NCBI GenBank assembly: GCA_029258835.1
Contig: JAPDJY010000010.1
Span: 1 to 17,881, forward strand
DNA: 17,881 nucleotides
DNA from: Thermoproteota archaeon
GTDB lineage: Archaea; Asgardarchaeota; Jordiarchaeia; Jordiarchaeales; Freyrarchaeaceae
Direction of reading: 5' to 3'
Part shown: positions 7,224 through 14,500 of the stretch, one piece after another
Layout: each line of letters begins with the position of its first letter
Position numbering within the stretch: the stretch's first letter is position 1
Program-made: the position numbers and the translations under genes
The notes under the pieces: generated by a model
The model's input: the letters and a program-made list of their open reading frames with translations, nothing else
Told to the model about the DNA's origin: nothing
The model's database searches: none

Positions 7224-7323
7224 TGCGTGGCAAGGCTTGGCTGGCTTGGGCGAGGTTTGGCTGGGCGAGGCGCGACACAGCAAGGCTGGGCGAGGTCAGG
7301 CGTGGCAAGGCTTGGCATGGCGA
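7224..7323 (+). repeat. 5-nt-periodic GGY-NN array, candidate non-coding guide RNA for the adjacent RAMP protein
   Basis: 19 in-phase pentamers from 7229 to 7323; 16 begin GGC/GGT (exceptions GCT 7244, GAC 7274, AGC 7279). Preceded by TGC-GT and bracketed by TACTTTC at 7216-7222 and 7326-7332. Confidence 0.85.
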
Positions 7324-7333
7324 GTTACTTTCG

Positions 7334-7438
7334 TTGACAGAAAATGACATACCAGAAGAAACCTACAACTGCGAGCACGTGAGGTTTATCCTCGAGGAGA
7401 AGCCGGAAATAGTGAACGAGATCAAGCGCAGGTTTTGA
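7334..7438 (+). pseudogene. Possible remnant of the C-terminus of an RHH-Zn regulator
   Basis: Frame reads ...YNCEHVRFILEEKPEIVNEIKRRF*, similar to CLHVEFARSLEDVRKL of 6140-6517; only a TTG start is available. Confidence 0.3.
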
Positions 7439-7523
7439 CCAAAATTCACACCCCCTTTTGACTACGTAAAACGGTCATAAGGGTGGGTATTTAGCACATT
7501 CGCATAAGGGGGCCCTTTTGACC
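7433..7523. repeat. Cluster of direct/inverted repeats next to the integrase 3' end (candidate att or recombinase-binding site)
   Basis: CCCTTTTGAC at 7453-7462 and 7513-7522; near-inverse GTCATAAGGG at 7474-7483; CATAAGGG again at 7503-7510; TTTTGACC at 7433-7440. Confidence 0.5.
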
Positions 7524-7528
7524 ACACT

Positions 7529-8800
7529 TTAGAAAGTCCTTCTGACGACGACCTTTCCGCTGTTCAGAGTCGCGACGAAGTCCCACCCATCGGCTAGGTA
7601 AGCAGGGAGATCCTCCTCGCTTATGACTCTCGTTTCTACACTCGCCATGAACCTGCGGAACTTCTCGACGGCCTCGTCGACGCTCTTCGCCCTAGCGAGC
7701 GCCTCCTCGAGCCTCCTGATCTTGTCCTCGCTGAAGCCGAGCAGACGTGCAGTGTCGAGCAATTGCCGCTTCCTCATCTCCTCGGCGCTGAGGTCCTCGA
7801 GTATCGTCAGGAACGGTATCGCTTTCTTATACTCCTCGCGGACCTGCCACTCGGGCGGCCTGAAGTACGACGGGTCGAGCGCGTCGCCGCGATGGCCCAT
7901 CATGAACTCGCGGAAACTCCTCCTCACGCCAGCGACCTCGAGCTGCGTGCGGAAGAACTTGCGGAAGCAGTGTATGTGGATGTCGTAGCGTGGATCCTTA
8001 AGACCCGACAGCCGCCTCAAAGACATGTGCCTCTTCAGCTCGCGCCTGAGGACCTCCTCGAACGTGCGGCCCGTGTACGGCTGGCCGTACTTCGTGACGA
8101 ACAGGTAGCTCTCGGGGAAGAGCTTCTCGCCGCGCTTCTCCCTCTCCGCTAGGTAGAGTTTGAGGAACTTCGCGGCCTCCGGCGTCATAAACGTGTAGTA
8201 CGAGGATCTGGACTTATTGAGGGCCGCCGGAACCGTGATCTTCGGCGGATCCGAGTTAAAGTCGACGTGCTTGAGCTTCAGGCGCGAGAGGGCGCCGACA
8301 CGCAGGCCGGCCGAGCACATCAGCAGGACCGCGGCCTTCTCCTTGAGGCCGAGCGCAGCCAGGAAGTCGCGCAGCTCCTCGCGCGTCGGGATCCTGTCCG
8401 AGTCCTCCCTCGACTCACGCGGGAACTCGAGAAGCGCCGACGGGACCTCGACGCCGTTCTTCCTGAGGAAGGTCTTGACGTAGGGGACGCGGCTGTTCTT
8501 GATCGTCGACGGGGAGACGCCGCGCTCGAAGAATAAGTGGTCGATGTACTCGTTGAGCAGCGCCGCGACGTCGACCTCGCCAGCCTTCGCCTTCGCGACC
8601 AGCTCGCCGGGCCCCATGCCAGCGAATCTGAGGAAGTCCCTCACCGCGTAGAGCGAGACGCGCAGCGACTCGACGCTCCTCGAGCGCTTCCAGACGTACG
8701 CGGCGTACTTGGCGACCTCGGGGCTGTCGAGCATGGGCAAGAGGGCGCGCCCCCTGCCGGCCGCTAGAACCCTCTTCGCGGCTTGGGCTGCGGCTTCCAT
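7529..8800 (-). CDS. int: Tyrosine recombinase/integrase
   Basis: Catalytic set R (AGLRVGAL), K (LNKSR), HxxR (HCFRKFF), H (MMGH), Y (DPSYFRP). SAM-like N-terminal domain and a C-terminal extension ending YLADGWDFVATL.SGKVVVR. Gene is intact. Confidence 0.95.
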   Translation of the reverse strand: MEAAAQAAKRVLAAGRGRALLPMLDSPEVAKYAAYVWKRSRSVESLRVSLYAVRDFLRFAGMGPGELVAKAKAGEVDVAALLNEYIDHLFFERGVSPSTIKNSRVPYVKTFLRKNGVEVPSALLEFPRESREDSDRIPTREELRDFLAALGLKEKAAVLLMCSAGLRVGALSRLKLKHVDFNSDPPKITVPAALNKSRSSYYTFMTPEAAKFLKLYLAEREKRGEKLFPESYLFVTKYGQPYTGRTFEEVLRRELKRHMSLRRLSGLKDPRYDIHIHCFRKFFRTQLEVAGVRRSFREFMMGHRGDALDPSYFRPPEWQVREEYKKAIPFLTILEDLSAEEMRKRQLLDTARLLGFSEDKIRRLEEALARAKSVDEAVEKFRRFMASVETRVISEEDLPAYLADGWDFVATLNSGKVVVRRTF

Positions 8801-8825
8801 CCGAGAAAAGGTGTAGCTATCTACC

Positions 8826-8833
8826 TAATTAAA
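8826..8833 (-). promoter_or_regulatory. TATA box of the leaderless integrase gene
   Basis: Minus strand TTTAATTA lies 26-33 nt upstream of ATG 8800. Confidence 0.5.
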
Positions 8834-8849
8834 TTGTAATGGAATAAAT

Positions 8850-9000
8850 GCAAAACAAGCGGTTGAGAATGGGACATCATCGCCGCACACTCGGTTGGCA
8901 CTTGCTCCATTACACTCTTTCATCGCAAGGCCAGGCCGAGTGCAAGAAACCGATCCCCGCTGCGGCTTAAAACTTTGTTTTGGGGATCGCCGTAGCGGCC
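8850..9000 (-). ncRNA. Candidate structured ncRNA with K-loop hairpin
   Basis: TTATAATA box at 9021-9028 places the start near 9000. Crossed helices at 8951-8998; long hairpin 8888-8942 capped by CUUGC-GAU-GA...GA-GCAAG; U-rich stretch near 8850. Confidence 0.4.
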
Positions 9001-9062
9001 TCCCTCTAAGTTAAGTAACGTATTATAAGGAACAACTGAGGGAGTCGCGAGGAAGGGCTAGC

Positions 9063-9078
9063 GACAACTATAGTTGTC
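9063..9078. promoter_or_regulatory. Perfect 16-bp palindrome GACAACTATAGTTGTC
   Basis: Seen directly; same arms as the site at 2332-2347. Confidence 0.55.
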
Positions 9079-9133
9079 ATTAATAATGTTGTGAAACGAG
9101 AGCGGGCAGCTATCCTTTCCCCTCCTACCCATA

Positions 9134-9997
9134 CTAACCACCGGTAACTTTCAATTTGGGGATCTCGAGGCGCCTTAGGTGCGTGACCTTGAGTTCGACG
9201 CCCTCGGGGAGCTTTATGTTCGCGATCGCGTATTTCTTGCCCCCTCGCATCAGCCTTATCCTATATGTCCGGTCGCTTATGCGCTCTATCTCGCCGTTCT
9301 TCATGATCACCTTAACATAGAGTATGTTAGGTTCTGGTGAGCTGGGGAGTGGGCGCGGCGTCAAGTCTGTCCAGGGCTCCTTCCTCACTCTCGGAAACTT
9401 GACGATCAGAACGTCCTCCTCGAGTTGACATAGGGCCGTGCCTATGCGCTTCTTTCCCTCCTTTCTCAAGAGTGCGAGGTGCTTCAGATAGTTTTTGATG
9501 TGGTTCTTGAGGAAGATGCCGCTCTCCTTGAATATTTTCCTCTCGACGGGGCGCATCGACGTTGCAATCGTGACGTGCGCGTCGCGGAGAAACGTTAGCG
9601 CAGCGCGCGGGTGGTGGAGGACCGTGACTGTCAAGTAGCGGCGCTCCTCGCCCCAAAAGTGCCTGACGTTGGCTATGAAGCGGCAGAGGTCGCGAACCTC
9701 GCGCTCGAGGAAGACCGCAGCGTAAGAGAGGTCGTCGAGGACGAGGGCCACGCGCTTTGCGTCTCTAGGATCGATCGATCTCAAGGTCTTGAGTACGGCT
9801 CCGATAGCATCACCTGAAGGGAGATTTATGTCGTTGACGTTGATGTAGAACGCCGCGTCAGGACGGAACCTCGAGACGAGATACTTCGCTATGTTCGTCT
9901 TCCCGCGTCCCTGCGCCCCGATCACGACAGCGTTAGTGTAAAGATGTTCAGCGAAGACGGACCTTAGAAGGGTGTTGAAAACGCGGCCGCTGGTCAT
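9134..9997 (-). CDS. P-loop ATPase, probably FtsK/HerA/A32/Zot-like genome packaging or extrusion ATPase
   Basis: Walker A VVIGAQGRGKT, Walker B VALVLDD, a later strand TVTVLHHP followed by FLRDA (possible Arg finger). Last gene of the membrane-protein operon. Confidence 0.75.
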   Translation of the reverse strand: MTSGRVFNTLLRSVFAEHLYTNAVVIGAQGRGKTNIAKYLVSRFRPDAAFYINVNDINLPSGDAIGAVLKTLRSIDPRDAKRVALVLDDLSYAAVFLEREVRDLCRFIANVRHFWGEERRYLTVTVLHHPRAALTFLRDAHVTIATSMRPVERKIFKESGIFLKNHIKNYLKHLALLRKEGKKRIGTALCQLEEDVLIVKFPRVRKEPWTDLTPRPLPSSPEPNILYVKVIMKNGEIERISDRTYRIRLMRGGKKYAIANIKLPEGVELKVTHLRRLEIPKLKVTGG

Positions 9998-10359
9998 AAC
10001 TCCTCGACCTTCACCTTGGCGGCTTGCCTCTTGATGTATTCGACGACTTCCCTCGGGAGACCGGCGCTAATCTGAGCCTCAAGCTCCTTGTCGGATCCGT
10101 AGAGCCTCTCGAGGCCAGCGGCGAGCGCGCGCCTGAGCACTATGCGCTTGAGCTGCTTGACTTCACTGTCGTCATCCCACACCTCGCACCAGTCGAGAAA
10201 CTTCGCGACCTCGAGGGGCTCTGCGCTGAGCGCCACGCCAGCGAGCCCGTACTTTTCGCCTAGGACGCCGAGCTGGAGCGCCCTGACATCCTCGAGGCCC
10301 TTGACGGTCCACACGATGTATTCCGTCTCACTCCTCTTCTTCCTCGGCACGCTTGCCAC
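9994..10359 (-). CDS. Hypothetical protein
   Basis: 121 aa; ATGA overlap with the ATPase; codon usage matches the operon. Confidence 0.7.
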   Translation of the reverse strand: MASVPRKKRSETEYIVWTVKGLEDVRALQLGVLGEKYGLAGVALSAEPLEVAKFLDWCEVWDDDSEVKQLKRIVLRRALAAGLERLYGSDKELEAQISAGLPREVVEYIKRQAAKVKVEEL

Positions 10360-11581
10360 CCCTCAGCAGCCTCGCGACGGTCTTGACGCCCATGATCGCG
10401 CCCTTCTCGAGCGCGGACTCGAGCTTCGCGCGGAGCACTGCGTTCTCGGCCGCCAGCCGACGGTTATCCTCGACCAGCTCGTCGAACGTCTTGGCGTTCA
10501 TCATGAACTCGAGCGTGTGCGCGTCTGCTGGCTCGACCTCGAAGACCTCAGCGAGGCGCCTTTCCTTGACGACCTCGAGGCCCTCGGTCTCCTCGGTCCC
10601 GACCTCCTCCTCGACGACCTTCTTGACGAGCCTGGCGCGCCTCGCCACGACGAGCGGCTCGCCGCCGTTGTACTTCCAGAACTCGACGATCGGGACCGTC
10701 GGCGAGAATTCGACGTGCTTGCCGAGGAAGCGCTTCACCGCGTAGATGGAATTTTGCACGGCGACGCAGACCCTCCCCGCGATCGTCCTGTACCAAGGTA
10801 CGGATATCTTCCAGACCTCGCGGTTCGCGATGTCGACCTCGAGCACGTGGAGCAGCGACGGACCCTTGAGGAAGTGGTAAGCCAAGAGGTTAATGGCGAA
10901 GAACACGCCAAAGTAGCCTGCTCCGAACTCGGGATCCGCGCCGACGCTGGCTGCCATGGCGACCGCCAAGACAGGGATCTGGAGCGCGTTGTACCAGTGG
11001 AGCATTTTGGCGCCGTACTTCAGGAAGATGGCGGCCCCGAGGCCAGCCAGGCCGGCGATGAGAGCCTTGCCGAGGACGTCCCACGTGAGCTTCTCCATTA
11101 GCCGCTCGAGCTGCTTTTTCGTCAGGAAGGGGGCCCAGGTGACCTTCGGCGAGACGGGGTTCTCAACGATCGTGAAGGACTTGGTGGCCGTCTTCGATAT
11201 CCTCCCCCAAGTGAGCTGGAGGGTAAACGTTATGATCTTGCCATACTTCTCCGTCGGGATGTTGACCGTGTACTCGCGCATGAACTCTATTTCCTCCTTG
11301 ACGTCGAGAATCGCCTCGTTCTCGATCACGGCCGTGAGAGAGACGACGCCAGGCTGGTTGACCCAGACTTTCACCTTGAGCTGGCCCGTGACCTGGTAGC
11401 CATCTTTGGCGACGACGACCCAGCCGTCGGGGTTGATGTAGTAGACCTCCCAATCGTAGAGGAACTCCTCGACCTTCTGCGCGTGGGCGCTCGCCACGCT
11501 GGCGGCGGCCAAAGCGAGGGCTAAGAGACTAAAGAGGAGAACCATGGCGCCCAGTGCTAATAGGACATCCTGATAGCGCAC
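10328..11581 (-). CDS. Multi-pass membrane protein with signal peptide, Ig-like ectodomain and C-terminal coiled coil
   Basis: GTG at 11581 after GAGGAG. Signal-like LLFSLLALALAAASVASAHA; about three central hydrophobic segments; ELVEDNRRLAAENAVLRAKLESALE heptads. Confidence 0.8.
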   Translation of the reverse strand: MRYQDVLLALGAMVLLFSLLALALAAASVASAHAQKVEEFLYDWEVYYINPDGWVVVAKDGYQVTGQLKVKVWVNQPGVVSLTAVIENEAILDVKEEIEFMREYTVNIPTEKYGKIITFTLQLTWGRISKTATKSFTIVENPVSPKVTWAPFLTKKQLERLMEKLTWDVLGKALIAGLAGLGAAIFLKYGAKMLHWYNALQIPVLAVAMAASVGADPEFGAGYFGVFFAINLLAYHFLKGPSLLHVLEVDIANREVWKISVPWYRTIAGRVCVAVQNSIYAVKRFLGKHVEFSPTVPIVEFWKYNGGEPLVVARRARLVKKVVEEEVGTEETEGLEVVKERRLAEVFEVEPADAHTLEFMMNAKTFDELVEDNRRLAAENAVLRAKLESALEKGAIMGVKTVARLLRGGKRAEEEEE

Positions 11582-11585
11582 GAAC

Positions 11586-14500
11586 TTATCTCCTCGAGCC
11601 ACGCCTCCCACCCCTGCGTTTGGCGTCAAACTCGTGGAGGGCCTCGACGAAGGACTTGTCGACAGTCACGTTGACCACGACCGGCGGACCTGCGGGCTGC
11701 TTCGGTTTCGGCCGAGCACGGAAGATCTTCATCCCGGTGTAGACGACGATGACGGCGATTACGAAGGCCCCGATGCCGGGCAAGAAGGCCCAGCGGCCAA
11801 TCATATTCGCGATCTCTTGGAGCTGCGCGAAAAAGGCTGCCTCGGTGACCTCGTTGTAGATGTCGAAGTAAAAGCTGGCCTCGCTCTCGAAGCCTTTCGT
11901 GTCGGCCGCCCTGACGATCAGCCTAGCCAGCCCGTTCGGGTACTTCAGCGTGTCGACGGTAATGTCCCAAGGCTCGCTCAAGTTCTTCCACTCGGTCTCA
12001 AAGTCCCACCGCCAGATCGCCCAAGCCACTCCAGCGGGGTCGGATATCGCCAAGTCGATCGTGACGGTCCCGTTGAGCGTGGACCCTTGCGGCGGGCTGT
12101 TCAGCAGGATCGTCGGACCCTGGTTGAAGACCGTGAAGCTGTCGCTGCCGGAGGCGTAAACCCTCTCGAACGCAACGACCTCGGCTGTGACGTCGACGAC
12201 CGTCTCGGCGCCCTGCGGGGCGTCGGGAGCCGTGACGTTCGTCAGGATCGTGGCGTTGTCCAAGACGTGCCAGCTAGCGACGAGCGTCCCGCCCACGTAG
12301 AGGTTTATGTCGGCCTCGAGCGTAGGGACGCAGGTGTAGTTGATTTCGACCGCAACGACATCGCCGGTCTCGAACACGCCGCTCTCGCAAGTTACGATCA
12401 CGCTGACGTTCGTGGTCTCAGGCAGGACTAACTTAAAGAGCGCGTGGCCCGGCGTCGATATCAGCATGTTGTTTATTATGGCGACGTAGGCGTACACCGG
12501 CTCGCTCGCGTTGGCCTCTGTCAGCGTCTCATAAGTCGTGATACTGGTCAGCGATGGGTCTAGGTGCTGCATTTTGATAACGCCGTAGCCGACCGGCGTT
12601 ACCGGTGTGAGGATTTGCCACTCGGCCACGTCCGTCCCGTTGGCCGCTTTAATGTATAGGTAGATCGGCATGTCCGGGGACTCCGGGATCGAAAACGTGA
12701 ACAGGTAGACTAGGTAGTTATTGGGCGCGACCGTTTGGATTATCTCGGCCGTGTCTATTATCCCGTAGTATTCCGCGAAGAGCGTAGCGTTGACGACTAT
12801 CTGCTTTTCGATGGTATCGTAGTTCGTAATCAGCACCGAGATATTGACCGAAAGGCCAGATTGCGTAATGTTGACTGCGGTGATCTCGACGACGCCGACC
12901 TTGACTGCAGGCGAGTATTTGTAGAAAGTGCTAGCCGAGGGCTGCATAAAGTAGAGCGCCCAGTCGTGTTCTCCGACGACGCCCGAGCGCGCGGTAGCGT
13001 TAATCTCCATATCGACGCGCTCTAGCGTCCCGTAGTATTCGATCGTTATGTCTATCGCGTTGATGTAGAGCGTCTTAGACCAATTGTAAACCGCGCCGTC
13101 GATGTCGGTGAAGTTGACTAGGATCACGACGTTTACGTCCGGCATCGTAAAGCTGTAAGACAAAACGGGCGAGCCGGTCGCGTTAAGTTGGTCGTTCAAG
13201 TAGAGATAGAGCGCCTGGCTTACGCGCTCACCGGTGTCGTATGTCACGTCTACGCTGATCGAGACGGAGGTGCCAGACGGGTAGTAGTATTGTTCGGGGT
13301 CGATCGTGACAGCCCAGTTGACCGAGCCGCCAACGAATATCTCCTTTAGCCACGAGTCGCTCTTGACGGCGCCGCCCTTATCGAACGCCAGCGACAGCGA
13401 AATGTTGTGGTGGCCGCTCAGCGTGATGTTGAGCGTCAACGTAGCGGTGCCTCCCGAGTAAGTTGTTCCGTTGGCGACAATGGAATCAACTGGAGTACCG
13501 TTGTAGGTTATCCACGCCTCGACGGTAACGTTGAAAGCTACGTTCTTCTGAGCTATGTCTGGACAGTCTACGCTGTAAGCTATGTCGGTCGCTATTAGAT
13601 CCGAACTGATGATCTCGCCAGCGTAAGTGAAACTGGCGTCGGTCGAATTCGCCTTAATGTAAAACAGCGAATCGGCGGACGGGACTGTGATCGTTATTTG
13701 CGCGACGCCGCTAGCGTCAGTGAAGGCGCTGCCGACTACCGTATCGTTGACCCAGAAAGTGACTTCTTGGCCGGAAATAGGGTCGCCGTGGGGGTCGGCT
13801 AAGGTGACGTTAACGGTAACGGACTCCGACAGCAAGAACACCGAGCGCGGTATGCCGATCGACTGGATCGCATTAAACCAAAAGACTGTCGCGGTGTAGT
13901 TGTAAACCGCGCCGTCGATGTCGGTGAGGTTCGCTAGCACGCTAACGTCGCGGTCTGGCATCGTAAAACTGTGAGTCAAGATGGGGGCACCGCTGGCGAC
14001 CAGAGAGTCATCTAAGTAGAGGTAGACGGTTTGAGCGACCCTCTCGCCGGTGTCGTAGGTGACATCGATGCTAATATCGCAGGTCTGGCCCGTGTACCGG
14101 TACCGGTCGGGATCAAACGTGACATTCCAGTTGACGGAGCCCCCCACGAATACCGTTTTGAGCCAGCTGTCTGACTTCGCAGCGCCGCCCTTGTCGAAAC
14201 TTAACTCTAGCGTCACGTTGTGGTGGCCGCTCAGCGTGATGTTGACCGATATCGTGACCGAGCCGCCCGCGCTGGTCGAGCCGTTAACAGTAATCGTGTC
14301 GACCGGTGACGAATCGTAAGTTATCCACGCCTCAACTGTGATGTCGAAAGCGACATTTTTCTGAGCGATGTCGGGGCAAGTGACTGAGTAGTTTATGTCG
14401 GTCGATATCAGCGCCGACGTGTTCCTCAGACCTGCGTAAAGACCCGACGTGTTAGCACAGACGTAAAACAAGCTGTCGTAGGCTGGCGCAGATACGCTCA

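Noticed and set aside
7224-7323. Canonical CRISPR array or mini-array
   Set aside because: No 25-40-bp repeats separated by unique spacers; the unit is 5 nt.
7050-7350. ORFs 7050-7337 (+) and 7057-7350 (-) spanning the array
   Set aside because: They overlap the RAMP gene out of frame, and their ARLGW/GLAGRG text is just the translation of a stop-free pentamer repeat.
8926-8942. Second GGC-NN run (GGCCAGGCCG)
   Set aside because: Only two units, and it is explained as part of a hairpin arm.
8950-9000. HDV-like ribozyme or H/ACA guide RNA
   Set aside because: Could not place the nested P1.1/P3/P4 and catalytic C, and there is no ACA box after the neighbouring K-loop hairpin.
9001-9030. dif/Xer site in the AT-rich stretch
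   Set aside because: The arms do not form a clean 11-6-11 inverted arrangement; better explained as a TATA region.
10142-12431. Long plus-strand ORFs (10142-11101, 11634-12431 and similar)
   Set aside because: Antisense shadows of GC-rich minus-strand genes, with no motifs or RBS context.
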